A stretch of 64,000 bases of DNA from Camelus ferus (taxonomy: Eukaryota): positions 11,844,001-11,908,000 of the forward strand of contig NC_045697.1 in the NCBI RefSeq assembly GCF_009834535.1, read 5' to 3'. A program made the translations under genes and the position numbers. Positions 22,357 through 36,559 of the stretch are shown here, piece after piece (positions within the stretch are counted from its first letter, which is position 1; the number at the start of each line of letters is the position of its first letter). The notes beneath the pieces are model-generated. The model saw nothing but the letters and a program-made list of their open reading frames with translations. It made no database searches and was not told the DNA's origin.

Positions 22357-24316
22357 AACATATTATGTTTTGTTTTGGTTAATTCTTCCTTGTCTTTTCT
22401 CTTTTTGACATACATGAGGAACACAGCACACCTGACTTGGCATGGAGTGAGTCTCCGCCTGGTGGAGTCCCTTAGCTGGATTAGATACCAGAGCTGGGGT
22501 GTGGTCAGCAGCTAGGCTGTTGGACATAAAAGGCAGTCCCTCTAGGCTCTGTTACCCTCCTGGGAACTCCTTGTAACCCTTTAAGCCAAGTCTGAGTGTT
22601 TGGGAGTTTATGATGAAAATGAATAGCTATTTATTTGCTTTACCTGAAGAATCCTTTACTATGGACGCTGTTTCTCAAGGGAATTTCCATTGAAAAAGAA
22701 GACAGTATTTAATTGTAATTAGAGGTCACATTTTTTTTTTTCAAGAAGAGCCCCTACAGTCTAGACAGAGTGAAGAAAAGGTGTAGTCTATAGAAAACAC
22801 AGTATTAGAGCTTGATAAAATTTCTGGAGTGGCCACTATGTATTCTGTAGCAATGTTTAGTCTCTAAAAAGGTATCCTAGCCAAGGCAGTTCCTTGTTTT
22901 ATTTGAGGAGACACCAGAGCTGCTTTGTGTCAGCAGATTGTGGCTGTGTGGCCATGGTAAGGGCACCTCCTCTGTGTCTGGGAACTTGGCACATAAAGAT
23001 GGGTGGCGGGGGTCCTTGTCTCCAGAGAACTGAGGACCTTGTAGGAAGGAACAGGCAGGGAAATGTGGGGCCCGGGGGGTGCTGCAGGAGCAGGGAGGTG
23101 GAGAGGGCTGTGGAAGAGATGAAAAGGCACCTTAGCAGAGGCAGGGACGTTGCTTAGAAGTTAACAGCAGGGCTTGTGGAGCAAAGGGAAGGCGGCCAGA
23201 GAGGAGGGGGGCGGGTAGGGTGTAACCCCTCAAACTGCAGCAGCTGCATCAGACCCGCTCCGGCACGGGTGGGAGCAAGTCAGAGGAATGCAGACTGTAC
23301 TGCCAGAAGGGCAGGACTTCAATAAAACATCAAGCACTGAGTTTGTGATTAAGAATACCCACATTACCCAGCCCTGCTGCTTTTGAAGTGATTTTTTTTT
23401 TTAGTTGTCGTACCTGCCATTTTTGTATTCTTTTCCCTCTTAAACTTGGGCGGCCATCTCCCCATGACGAAGGCCTAGTTTAATAGTTTGAACAAACGGC
23501 TAGGAGCGTCCTTGGACGTGGTTGTTTCTGGTCTGTGGGAGGGTAGGATTTTTCCCACGGCCTAATTACTGTGGCCAGAAGTCAGTGCAGGGCCCTTCCG
23601 TGCCCCCGGCCTAGGAGGAGTCACCCTACGGCGTCTGCCTCCTGGTTGGCACCAAGGACTCTTCCCGTTGAATTACCTGCATCGAGCCCAGGTTTATTAA
23701 GTAATAACTAGTCTTCCCCCTTTGATACGTCTTCTCAAACTGTGAGAAATAGTCTGACTACATTAAAAAGATTGAATTTCAGCAATTCTGTAAAAACAAA
23801 GAAATGGGCCTTGTAGTCTAAACAGTGGAGTGTAGCTTTGTTGGGTTTTTTTTGTTTATCGATTGGTTGTTGCTTTGTCTTTTATAGAAAGACCAAAAAT
23901 AAAACAGTAGGCCCCTTAGCTATCTTTTAAGCTCCTTTATCATCTCAGAGCCTTGTTGACTTCATCTTTAAATTAAAACTGTAGAAATATGTGAGTGGGT
24001 TAGGGGCAAACTATCAAATAATTACCTGATGTCACATTACATATCATACATGGATCCTCTTAGTAAGTCTATAGCTAATCTCTTGATGGAGGTGTCACTG
24101 ATCTCATTTTATAGATGGGGGAACCAGCTCAGAATGAAGGGACTGACCCAGGAATATACAGAAAACAGATAGGATGTGATAATTAAAGCACTAATATGTG
24201 TGTATTTTAAGAGCTTGTGTGTTACACTTTATTTTACACACAGATGAGTTTATTCTCAGTCATTTTGAAATAGAGATAGCAGCATATATTTACTTTTTTT
24301 CTTTTCTGCCCTGTAG

Positions 24317-24475
24317 ACCCAAGTCTTGGATTGAGGAACAGGAAATGGGGTCATTCCTAAGTGTGGCCAAAGGGTCCGATGAGCCTCCCGTCTTCCTGGA
24401 AATTCACTACAGAGGCAGCCCCGATGCAGGTGAACCACCGCTGGTGTTAGTCGGGAAGGGAATCACCTTCGACAG
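24317..24475 (+). CDS. LAP3: LAP3 exon 7
   Basis: tgtag acceptor, [52 protein letters not shown], gtatgc donor; 159 nt. Contains the M17 metal-binding motif VGKGITFD. Confidence 0.98.
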
Positions 24476-25111
24476 GTATGCCTTTACTGTATCTGTGCTT
24501 TGTATTGTGGTGAATGCTTCGTATGCAGTTGTATTATTTGGTGTATAATTTGCTTCAAAAGCCTGGTTTGGGTCAGATCTTATGTGTTATTTTAAATGTA
24601 TTAAGCTCCCACTTAAAAACTGCCTGCTGTCAGGCCCTTTACATATATTAGCCCCAGTCTTACCCCCAGGAGGTGGGCACTGCAGACATTCTACAGGGAA
24701 GGAATCCATGACTTGGAGAGGTCAAACAGTTTGTTCAAAGCCCTAAAAATAACAGAGTTGGAAGTCAAACTCAGCTGTGTCTTTAAAATGTCTTAAAATC
24801 TTCCCCCCACACACTGATTCTCCTGTGTACATATTGAAGACTGCTGTGGATGATGAGGCAGCCGTGTGGGTCATGCTGTCTTCCCTTTGCTGACTTCAGA
24901 GGACTTTTTTTGCTGACCAGACTAGCTTTGATTAATCGTATTAAACCATAAGTATTCCTTAGAATTGGAAGCTCACTCTAGTTATTTCAACCAAGGAGAA
25001 GCTGAGTTGGTGTTTCCCATGGAAAGCATTTGCTACTAAATACTAGTTTCAGGGGTGCTAATTAAATGTGAGACGTAAGAAGAATCACTTGATCAGAAAG
25101 CTAGGTTAGAT

Positions 25112-25669
25112 TTTGGATAACAATCCTTTATCAGATCTTTCTTTGGCAGATTGTTTTTCCCGTCTGTACCACGTCTTCTTGTTCTCTTGATGGTGTCTTT
25201 TGAAGAGCAGAGGGTTTTCATTTTATGATGTCCAGTTTATCAATTCTTTATTTCATGGATCATGCCTTTGATGTTGTATCTAAAAAGTCATTGCTGTATC
25301 CAAGGTCATCCAGATTTTCTCCTGCATTAGCTTGTAGGAGTTTTATATCTTTTTTACATTTAGGTCTGTCATCCTTTTTGAGTTAATGTTTGTGAAAGGT
25401 GTAAGGTATGTGTGTCTAGAATCGATTTTTGCATGTGGATGTCCAGTTTTTCAGCACCATTTGAAGAAAGACTATGTTTTCTCCATTATATTGCTTTTTT
25501 CTTTGCTGGAAATCACTTGATTTTATTTATGTGGGTCTATTGCATTCGATATTTTTTATTTCTAGCACATAATATAATACAGAATATATTTTTTCAAAAC
25601 ATCGTATTATAATTACTGATATATAAATAAAATTTATTGTTTTTAACCAGGGGAAAAAACAAAAAAAAA
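25112..25669 (+). mobile_element. TSD-flanked polyadenylated retro-insert containing an antisense L1 ORF2 fragment
   Basis: CTAGGTTAGAT at 25101-25111 and 25670-25680; AATAAA 25626-25631; A-tail 25654-25669. Confidence 0.7.
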
Positions 25670-26709
25670 CTAGGTTAGATAAAACAAATGAGTTTTTTAT
25701 CTTGTTTTGTCTTAACTTTGTCAGGACTTCTTGGGGGTCTAGAATATAGCATCTTCTAAATTTCCTTTTTTTTTTTAAATTGAAATATAGTTGACATCTA
25801 AATTTCCTTTTGAAGGGAATTTGTATCTCAGGGAATCGTGGTCCATGGAAACTGCTTTGGAAAATGCTGCTAGAGATCCCAAAAATCTTGAGGTCCTAGT
25901 CCATTTTTGCACTCATTCAGGAATTCTGCCTGAAACGTGGTTTGAATCTTATCCTTACAAGAGTGCTTCTAGGCACTGTGATGCCTTGTCCTGGGCAGAG
26001 CTGGCCGCCAGGGCGGTCTTCCTTGTACCAGCAGGTTGTAACGCCTCTTGTTCACTGGTTCACGTTCCCTCCTGTAAGGCGCTGGTCTCCCAATGGTCTT
26101 CATTATGTAGCCCATCAGTGAAAGATCCCAGCTCATACCATTTGAAATAGGCACATTTATTTATGTTACATGCATATACTGTTGTAGTAAAGTATTATAA
26201 AAAGGTACAGCATATAAAAATTAGAGATTGAAAGTTAAGTTGTCTTTAAATGTCTTGCTAATTAAAATGGTTTTATACTATCATGGGCTAGAATCTTAAT
26301 GCAAACATTGATGCTCAGGGTGAAGTTTATTGTTAATTTAAATCCATATTTGAATTTTTTGCTATGGGAATATTGAGCAAGGAGGCCTGACCTGGTCTTT
26401 TGGGTTTAGAGGAGGCTTCCTAGAAGGAGTGTCAGTCTTAGCGTAAACGGTTAAGGACAAGGGAGTTGGTCGTGCTGGGAGCAGGGCCGGGAAAGAGCAG
26501 GTGAAGGCTGCAGGCGGGAAGGAGGAGGGACCTGGGACCGATGGAGTGCCAGAGTGGCCGCGGCTGAGCATGGCTGGGGGAAGGGACGAGGTTCAGCTGG
26601 AGACGTAGCCAGAAGCTGGGTTGTCCTGGGCCTGGTTAGATTTTGAACTTTGCTCTAAGAACAGCTGGAAGTAACTGCAGGGTGTCCAGCAGAGGGAATG
26701 ACGTGAGAA

Positions 26710-28150
26710 TTATATATACAGTAAAAGCCACCCTTTAAGTGTTTAGTGCAACGAGTTTGACAAATTCATTCACCCTTGCAGCAGCCACCACGATTATGAA
26801 AACAGAACATTTCCCTGATGCCCCCAAAACCTGCTTGGGGAGTTTGGGGGCGATGCTCTTTGGCAGTCACTTCCTCCCCCACCCCCTACCTGGACAACCA
26901 GTCATCTTTCTGTTATTGTAGATTCGTTTGGCCTCTTCCAGAAACTCATACACATGGAATCTTTTCTGTCTGCCTCCTTTCTCCCAGCATATTATCTCTG
27001 AGGTTTAACCATGCTGTGGGTCGTAATCTGTTCCTTTATATCACTGAGTAGGGTTCCATTGTGTGGAAATATAAACATTTGTTTATCCAGCCATCTGTTG
27101 AGGGAAATTGGTTTGTTCCAGTTTGGGGTTATTAGTAATAAAGCCAAGACCATCTGTAAGCCTTTGGGTGGGCAGAGGTTTACCTTACTCTTGGGTAAAT
27201 ACCTAGGAAAGGAGGACTGAGTTGTATAACCACCTGTTTAAGTTTGTAAGAAACTATCGAACTTTTCCAAGCTGGTAGTACCATTTTGCATCCCCACCAC
27301 CAAAGTACAAGGATTCTGCCAACATTTGATGGTGTCGGTCTTTTTATTTCTTGCCCCTGCAGGGAGTGTGTCTTGGTATCTCTGGAGTTTATGTTGCACT
27401 TCCCTGACTAATGATGTTTAGCCTTTTTTTAATTCGTACATCACCTTTAGTGAAGTGTCTGCTGAAATCTTTTACCCTTTATTATAGGAGTGTTTGTCTT
27501 ATGAGTTACAGGGTTTTTTTTTTTTTAATGTATTCTAGATACAGGCCCTTTGTCAGACAGATGTGTTGAAATATTTTTTCCCATTCTGAGGCTTGCCTTT
27601 TCATTTTCTTAAGTGGTATCTTTTGAAGAGTAGTTCCTAATTTTGATGAAGTGTAATTTATCAAGCTTTAATTTTATGGTTCATGCTTTTTTTGCTGTGT
27701 TTAAGAGAATATTGCATATGCCAAGTCAGTGTTTTCTTCAATAATTCCTACGGTTTTAGCTTTTAAGGCTATGTGCCATTTTGAATTTTCGTGTATACTT
27801 ATAAAAAGCATTGAAGGTTTTTTTTTTCCTATATGGGTATCCATTTATTTCATCACTATTTGTTGAAAAGACTGTCCCTTCCTCCATTGAAGTACCTTGG
27901 CACCATGTTAAATCAGTTGACTACATAATTGTGGGTCTATCTCTGGACACTGTTTCCTCCAGGACCTTGTGACCAAGTATCGATGGCTACAGCTTCGTCT
28001 TGAAATCTAGTAATAGGAGTCCTCCAACTTTGCTTTTCTTTGTCAAAATTACTTTGGCTACGTCCCTTGCATTTGCATTTCAATTTTAGAAACTGCTTGC
28101 CATTTTTTTACACACACACACACACAAAAGCCTACCGGGATTTTGTTCGA
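26710..28150 (-). mobile_element. Old L1 (L1MB/ME-like), ~1.4 kb
   Basis: Continuous antisense L1 3'UTR/ORF2 text (ccattttgcatccccacca, atttgttgaaaagactgtcc). Confidence 0.8.
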
Positions 28151-29420
28151 GATAGTTTTGTTTTATTTTGTTTTTGGTGAACATTTGGTAGTTGTGTAGG
28201 TAATAGAATGGAATTATCCTAGAGGGAGACCTGAACATATAGGAACCAGGTAAACTTCCAGATCACTGGTGGTGTAGCCTCAACTAGGAGGGATGCAGGA
28301 GAAAAGAGATGGATGGATTGGAGGCAGATCTAAAGGGTGAGCAGAGATGCCTGCTGACCTTGGACTGGAGGTTATCTAGAACGAGTCCTACAAAGAGTAG
28401 AACTCCCAGAAGAGAAGTGGCCTTGAGATAGATGTGGCGAGTAGTAGGACAGCCTCATGCACCATCATGCTCCCTTCACCCCCATGGGACTTCATGGACT
28501 AGGATGTACTTCTTTTCTTATTCTGAGCCATTAGATAACCTTATTCTAGGTGTAAATGACAACTCTGTAACTATAAAGTGCTTCTGAGGTGAGTAAGAAT
28601 CAGGACCTGATTTCTAAGGCGAGCAGATGTTAGAGCAAGGAGCTGAGTGTCTGTCACCAGGGCACGTCCGCAGCAGATCCCAGTCAGAACTTAACGTCGA
28701 AGCCCCTGGCAGCTTGCGCAGTCAGTGGAGCAAGTCACTCTGGATTCTTACACACCAGAAGCAGAAAAGTCACTTGTTAGTTAAAGACGTCTGTCTGGGG
28801 AGGTGGCTTGGGTTTCTTGCCAGTTGAAACCTTTCTCAGCTCTTGTGTTTGGGCACCGTCCCTGAAGCTTTGGGTTAGCGTCTTCCTGGTGCCTGTGGCT
28901 GATGTGGGTTATTTTTTGCCACAGCAGGAGCCAGCACACCTCGGGGGTGGCAGAGGGAGTTGTTCTCCCCTGTCCTGTCCCCGTTGGGGGTGGGGGGGAA
29001 GGGGTCCTCCCAGTCTTCTGAAACCTGTCAGCTTTCTTTAACAATGTGTGACCTTCAGGTTCAATAAGTTGATTGATTCATAAAATTTGCTGAAAAGGCA
29101 AATCTACGTGGGTGTGAGGAGTTCGCGAGCTAATATAGAGATGGAATTTGAACAGCATTGATTGCATGATGTAACGTTTGGCTTAAATGTCACTCAGGCA
29201 GAAATAAAATGAGCTCAGATGCCCACCTGTATTTCTGGGATTATTTTTATTGAAACCATAAGCCATCTTTTAAAATGTTGAACTCACTCCAGGTGGCAGT
29301 TTGGAAATTTGATGGTGCTTTTGTGTGGTAGTTCACCCTGAGCTTACACATTCTTTTTGAAGAAAGTGGCTCCAGCCCTCTTCCTTGCTGTTATCATTAC
29401 ACATTGTCCTTTCCCCCCAG

Positions 29421-29545
29421 TGGTGGCATCTCCATCAAGGCGTCTGCAAACATGGACCTCATGAGGGCTGACATGGGAGGAGCCGCCACCATTTGTTCCG
29501 CCATCGTGTCTGCTGCCAAGCTTGACCTGCCCATCAACCTCGTAG
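29421..29545 (+). CDS. LAP3: LAP3 exon 8
   Basis: cccag acceptor, GGISIKASANMDLMRADMGGAATICSAIVSAAKLDLPINLV, gtgagt donor; 125 nt. Confidence 0.98.
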
Positions 29546-30722
29546 GTGAGTGGGTAGCGGGGCCGGGTGGGGTGGGTCTCAGAGAGCTTCTGGAATCTGG
29601 TCAAATAGTAAAATGGAGACAAAAAGCATGATTTCTATTAATCTGAAAAGATCAAGAAATGGTTCTTAAATAGGTTTTCACGCAGCAGAAGCTGTCTAGC
29701 TGAGATAAGTGTTTTCTTGTCTGAACTGAGTTAAATGTGTTCTGCATGGTGGGCTGCAACTAGAATTGATTTGTTTTACTTCTGCAAAAAGTGGTAGCAG
29801 TCGAGGGCACAGAATGTCAAGTCTGCGGTTTGCTCCAATGGGAAATGCTCAGTAATCAGGCTGGTGATTACCTCACAGGGTTGTGGCCGATTAAATGCCT
29901 TGATACACACAAAATGCCTGGGATGGAAAAAGTGCTGAGTACGTAGCAGCAGTCTTTGTAGTACAGGGTGCCAGACACAGTGCTGGGAGGTTGCCTTGTA
30001 CCGGGGTGCGGTGGTGGGGAGACTGAGGCCGAGTGACTTGCCCAGTGTCACATCCATTGCACGGGAAGGTAGGACTGCAGTCTGGATCTATCTGACAGGC
30101 CCTCCTCTCTCCTCCTCCTTTTTGCTGAACTATTGAAAGTGAGTTGCAGACATGATGACACATCACCCCTTGTACATGTCCCCTAAGAACAAGGACATTC
30201 TGTGTAATGACAGGATCAGTATCATTTCCGAGGATTGATATAGTAATTAAATTCAAACTGCCCAGTTGTCAAAAAAATGTTCATTTTCCATGTGTGTCTA
30301 TACACCCACACATTTATTTCCATTTATTTTTGAAATCTGGGAGCCACTCTAGGATCACTCATTGCATATACGGTTGCCATGTCTCTTTAGTTTTCTTTAA
30401 TCTAGAACCTATTTCTGCCCCCTTTTTTTCTCCCATGACATCAGCAGTTTTAAAAGTTCCAGGCTTTTCTTGTGATGCTCTGCAATGTGGATTTATTTAT
30501 TTCTTCATGATAGAATCAGGCTGGACTTCTTGGGAAAGAATGCTACACAAGCGATGTGTGCTTCCTGTTGCTGGTGCACATCGTGTCGCCTGGGACACGG
30601 GCGACGCTAAACCTGACCACCTGGTTAACGTGCTATCTGTTGGCCCACTGGCGACCTCGGTCCCACGAGTGGCACATTTGGACCCAGCGCGCTCCATTTT
30701 CCTTCATTTATTTTTTTTAAAG

Positions 30723-30811
30723 GTTTGGCCCCTCTTTGTGAAAATATGCCCAGCGGTAGGGCCAACAAGCCTGGGGATGTCGTCAGAGCCAAGAACGGGA
30801 AGACCATACAG
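30723..30811 (+). CDS. LAP3: LAP3 exon 9
   Basis: taaag acceptor, LAPLCENMPSGRANKPGDVVRAKNGKTIQ, gtttgt donor; 89 nt. Confidence 0.97.
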
Positions 30812-31646
30812 GTTTGTAAGCGGCAGACGCAGCGCAGCCTCCGCGTTCAGGCGTTCCTGACGGAATCCCCGCGGAGCCACAGAAGCACCTCCAAGGGGTG
30901 CAGAGCGCGGGCTCCACGTGGGGGAGGGCGCCGTCTTCATCACGAGGAGCTTTCTGTGCAGTGGGAAGTGTTTCTTTATGGGAATTTTCAAGTTGGTTTT
31001 CCTACCTTACTGTTCCCCTTCTTCCTCTAGGCTGTACACACCAGTTACCGTGAATTTGCAGCCAGCCCCGCAGGGCGTGGCAGAGCAGTAAAAGTGCAGG
31101 CTGTTTTCTGAATAGACCTTTGCTGCGGTAACTTTTTCTGTTTAGTGACGTGTTCTGGGGGACAACACGTCCTGCACCTGGGGATGTGGCAGCCGGTCCT
31201 CCGCTGGGGCGTGTGTGTGCGTGACACACTGCCCAAAAACTGAGCCTCTGTTTAAAAGAAGGGGAGATGATGTAGGTGAGGTTGCTGACGTCTCAAGAGT
31301 CCCCCTGTCTGGAGATACATACTTTCGTACATCTTTCTTAAACCCTTTAGTTTATTTGCTTTTAGAAATCTTGACCCTTCCTCTTACAAACCTATTGGTA
31401 GAACCAGACACTTCTATTTATTTCACTGTCCAAAGTCAGCAGCATTTGGTCCTCAGCTCTGGTACCGGGACGATTACCTGATGTTTGCTCTTCAGATTAA
31501 ATATGTTCCTACTCTAGCGGAAGTATGTTTTTGATACTCGATGCCAAACGTCACACCAGCTTTTTCTTACTTTTAAATTAAACATTGTTGTGAGTGTCTA
31601 ATTTTTTATTCACTGCTTGTACCATCTTACCTTTTTTTTTTTTTGA

Positions 31647-31808
<162 letters not shown>

Positions 31809-34800
31809 TGATTGGTGCCGAGTGCACACACTGTACTCGGGACATTATTCCCCTAAAAGTTGGCTCGTTCCATTTGCATTCAAATGTCTTTCACCGAAAG
31901 AATCGTTCTGTGGTTGTAAACTGTTTCAGATAATAGGTTGGTTGTTTTAAAACATCCCAGGCTGTTATCTTTAAAAAAAGAAATAACAAGTGGGTCAGGT
32001 CAGTCCATCCAGAGTGACATTGAAAAATGATGCTAAGAGATGTTTTCTGTTACCATGGCCATTGGATACGTCTGAAAGGATAGGTGCCGAATCCCCAAAT
32101 CGGCAGTTGTTTTTATTAAGCATAATGTCACTGGGTGTTTTCTGAATTTGTGTACTTGCTGTTACACAGAAATAAAACGCTGGGGGTAGGGTGGTCAGAT
32201 CCTCATTCCGCAGAGACAGGGCAGGGTAATGTGCCGTGTGAGGCATGGTGGCTTTAAGGCCACCCCAAGGGGGGCTCCCAGCTGTGCACCTTACTAGCCT
32301 GTCAGCCTTGAGCAAGTTCCCTGATCCCCTCAACCATCAGCATGTGGGGAGAAGTCTGTTTGCTTCACAACGTCATGAAAATCGGAGGGAGTTTCTGGAA
32401 GGCCTCTTTACTACAGCGCCTGCCTGTGGCAGACACCACCACTGGCTCTGTAATGAACAGATGTTCAAAGGGATGACAGTGGGCATGGCCTTATTGCAAA
32501 AACCCAGTGTTTGTAATCTTGCATCCAACAGTTCTCTTTCTAGGAATTCACTCTGTCTCTGCCTCTTTTAAGATTAAAATTCAGATCATTTTTTATCCTT
32601 TGGTTTTAATTCTTCCTCTGATCATGTGAGCCTTTAACAGAAATAGGTTCATGTTTTCCTTTTATGTGGTTCTAACAGTAGTCCACGGTTTTATTCGCTA
32701 AGAGTCCCTTTTTCAGGCTGGCGACATAGTATTTTTATGGTCTTTTGTCTCCCTGTTCAGTTCAGCAAATCTGGCTTGCGGTCAGTGCTCATCTTCTCCA
32801 TGCGAAAGTTAAACACGGACGCAAGGCTCTTATGGGCTGGAGAGGAATCCTGTCTTGAGGACAAGTGAATATGGGTGGGAAAAGCCACTGACTTGAAGCC
32901 AAGCAGTAATGAGCATGTACGTGTCACTCGAGATGTAGCCCCCAGTCATCTAGACAGACCACAGGCAGAGAATAACCAGCACCCACTGCAGTACCTGGAA
33001 TGTAGTGGGTGCCTTGAATGGTAGTCGACACAGTATTTAATTCCTGCAGATGGCTGCTTCAGAACAGAGGCGAGGCCTGCATCTCGTGGGGAAAGGTGGT
33101 CAGCAGATCCTCACACTGACAACAAGCACAGAGAAGCTGAGTTAAAAGGAATCCGTGAGAGCCTGTGCAGTTGAGGATTTGACAGGTCTGGGAGGGCAGG
33201 CATCTCGTCTTGAGAAGTGCTACTCTAGCCAGGATCAGAAGGAGTCATCACCAGGGGGAGAAGGAAGGGAAGAGAGTCCCCCCACCCCCAGAGGGCACCA
33301 TAGGAGGGGGCAATGGGAACAGGATGGAGAAGAGCAGAGTGTGCCTGGGGCGGGGATGCTCCAGGCCAGTTTGCTGGCCTTGGCGTATTACGGGATTTAG
33401 TCTGGAGCCAAGTGCAGCGGGAAGCTACTGAGCAGTGTTGAGTGGGGATGATAAGGTCACGTTTGCACTGTGAAAGGGTCCCTGGCTGCCGTGGGCCAAA
33501 TGTGTGGGGGAAAGGCCAGAGGAGACGGTGGCAGTCAGGGAGGCTGGTGGGCAGTGCGGGGTGGCAGACTCTCACAGATGTGTAAGTGTGCCTGTTAGGG
33601 ATGCGTGTCTGCATTTGGCCTCAAAATAATCTATCGGATCTGGGGGGTTTAGGTGAAACAAGTTTACCTGTGACTCAATAATTGCTGGTGCTGGCTAATG
33701 AGGACTTGCATGTCCATTAAATTATTCCCTTTGCTTTGTGTATATTTGAAGTTTTTCACAGTAAGTTTTTTTTTTTTTAAACTATTACAATAGTCCAGTG
33801 GTAGATGATGGTGGTAGCAGTCATGGTGCAGGGAAGAGGTTTGGTTTGAGAGATAATTGGGAGGTAGAGTCACAAAACCCGAAGGAACTAATGACCCAAA
33901 CAGATCCAAGTTGCTCAGGTGTCATGTGGAATCACAGGTTTTTACATACAAGTCACTACCTCAAAACTGATTTGCTTTAAATTGTCAACTGTTTGCAATT
34001 TCTTACTATTATGTAATTTTAATGTAATTTACTTGTGATTTCTTGGGAAAAATATGCAGTCCAGCATCCTAGTGGCACAGAGCCATCTGGTCCTGAAGAA
34101 GTGCTGCTCCCTCCCCGGGGCTGGGGTCCGTTTACATCACTGTGGTCCTGTATGTGGCCACAGAGATTAACCAAAATTAACAAAATGAAACAAGGGCTCT
34201 AAGCTTTATGTCTTAAATCAGAGACGTGCGCAAACACTTATCCACAGACATGCAAGCAGAGGGGATTATTCAGTGGTGTCAGACAGCCACTAATCCTAAC
34301 TGCAAAGAAATTTAAGGATGTGGAAAGTATTGTATGTTGTTAAAAAAAGTGAAGTTTACACAACAGAGTATATATACTATCTGAGTTTCAGTTTTCCTTG
34401 GGGGAGATGCTAACCAGTCGTTCATGCAAAATCATGGGTAAGGATTAAGGTGCCACCTGGACATGCCTTGCATTATAGGCAGCAAGTGCCACCTGTGAAA
34501 ACTGTAGGATTTATCGCATCTTAAAAGTGGCATCTCCTCTGATGTTCCATGAGTGTCCTGGTAGTTAAGGATGGTGGGTTCTGCTTTTTCCTTCCAATAA
34601 ATACAGAACTCATAAGCGCCAGGCAGTGTATATGCTTAGAGTCAGCTGTGATCCCTGCCCCAGAGCTTACCACTGGGCCCAGCAGATCACAAATGAAACT
34701 GCCCGAAAATGATACCGAAACCACTGGAGATGGTGCTGGGCTGCTGCGCCTGGCTGCTGGCATTCAAGAGTGTGCTCGGGAGAACCTGAAAAATCTGAAT

Positions 34801-35001
34801 TTTGTAACTTGATTTTTTTCTTTTAACGTGTTCATTTTAAATGAGAAATCAGCCAGTGGGACACACTTGGGGAAGGAAACAAAGATGAAACAGAAAAACA
34901 TGATGAAAGTCTTGTAGGAGATAATTACTGAGATGTGATTAAAAATATTAAAAAAATTAGAGATGCCTAAATATGGATTAGTAAGTAAATTATGACATGT
35001 T

Positions 35002-35078
35002 CACACTCAGAGACATTGCAGATTTGATTCCAGACCACTGCACGAGAGTGAATATCGCGATAAAGTGAGTCACGTAAA
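35002..35078 (+). mobile_element. Tigger1-like terminal fragment ~40 nt upstream of LAP3 exon 11
   Basis: ctcagagacattgcagatttgattccagaccactgca...gaatatcgcgataaagtgagtcac matches the recalled Tigger1 end. Confidence 0.7.
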
Positions 35079-35118
35079 TGGAGAGACTGAACGCTGACCA
35101 GAGGGCTGTGTCTTGCAG

Positions 35119-35198
35119 GTGCCATGGACATAGCTTTGGGGTCTGGTGCCACTGGGGTCTTCACCAATTCTTCCTGGCTGTGGAACAAACTATTTGAG
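35119..35198 (+). CDS. LAP3: LAP3 exon 11
   Basis: tgcag acceptor, AMDIALGSGATGVFTNSSWLWNKLFE, gtagga donor; 80 nt. Confidence 0.97.
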
Positions 35199-35985
35199 GT
35201 AGGAATAATGCATAGAGACCTAAATGAAGGAGATGATTTAATTCTTCTAGCCTTGGAAGGCTTCATTTTTTTCAACCCTGTGTTTGTGATTTTTATGTTG
35301 TAGATTTGCCTTTGAAATGAAAATGCAGTAAACTTGGTTCAGTGTGGTTTTCTATAAATGTTCCAAAATTACGGGTGTGATGCCACATGCCCCCTCCTCC
35401 AGGAGCCTCAGAATGACGGGGAAATGACTTACAAATACTGTGGCCATACTGTCGAGTCCCTGATGTAGAAAAGGTTAAGAGGACAGCTTTTTAAAGGAAG
35501 GAATGGCCTTTAAATGTATACGTGTCATGAGTCAAGTAGGGAAGCCCGGGATCCTCAGCAGGCAGTAAGAAGGACACCTTTGTGGTTCTCTGTGCCTCCT
35601 TGGAGCCTGTTCCCAGCCAGCCTCTTCCAAACAGCAGTCTCCCACATCTGTCATTACACAAAGTAACAAGGTCATTTTGTCTTAGGATCTGGCTTTCTGT
35701 GGTGCAGTTCCAGGCATGTGTTTCCCCTGCACACTGAGGCCACAAACGTCACAAAGACTGTTTCACCCTAATCAAACCAGCAAAGCTTGTCTGCACTATA
35801 GGATACCAGCTTATTAATTTGACTGAGACCAATAATATTAGCTTGATGATTTTAGCAAATGCTCTACAAATTAGTGGGACTGTTTTTACAACATCCTTGG
35901 TTTCGTTTATAATTCACAAGAAAATCTTTTGATTAACTGGAATGACTCTGGAATCTGTTGTGTAGCTTCACTGTTTGTTCTCCAG

Positions 35986-36095
35986 GCCAGCATTGAGACG
36001 GGAGACCGTGTCTGGAGGATGCCTCTCTTTGAACATTACACAAAACAGGTCGTAGAATGCCAGCTTGCTGATGTTAATAACATTGGGAAATACAG
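35986..36095 (+). CDS. LAP3: LAP3 exon 12
   Basis: tccag acceptor, ASIETGDRVWRMPLFEHYTKQVVECQLADVNNIGKY, gtatgt donor; 110 nt. Confidence 0.97.
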
Positions 36096-36559
36096 GTATG
36101 TGGAGTGGGCTATAAAAGGACATTTTTACAGTCATCATTGGTTGCCAAAATGACTGTTTTCAATTTTAAACCCTTTTCACAAAATGTTCAGCTATCCAGA
36201 TTTCCTTATGCCGAAGTGCTCGTAAGCATTCATTTCTCTTTTATTTTCAAGGTATTTCCCAACTGGTTCACAAAATTTGGCATGTTTTCAAATCTAAAGG
36301 TCATTTTAAGCAAAATGTAAGGGAAGGAGATGGACAAAATGGTCATTACCAGAGGAAACAGCATTTATCCTTTACTGCTTAAAGCTATGTCTAAAGATAA
36401 ATATCCTGAAAGTGATTTCTGGGTTTTCTTAATAGGTCTCATTAACTTTGACTTTGCTCTCTGGTCATAGAAGCCACTTGGCAAGGATGGAGGATCTTAA
36501 TAAAATGTTTAGTGCACATTTACCTGGGGTTAAATAGTGATTTTTGTCTCTGTCTTTAG

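Noticed and set aside
30207..30860. 217-aa ORF in LAP3 intron 8 / exon 9
   Set aside because: It runs through a decayed antisense L1-like fragment and crosses exon 9 out of frame, with no protein-like features.
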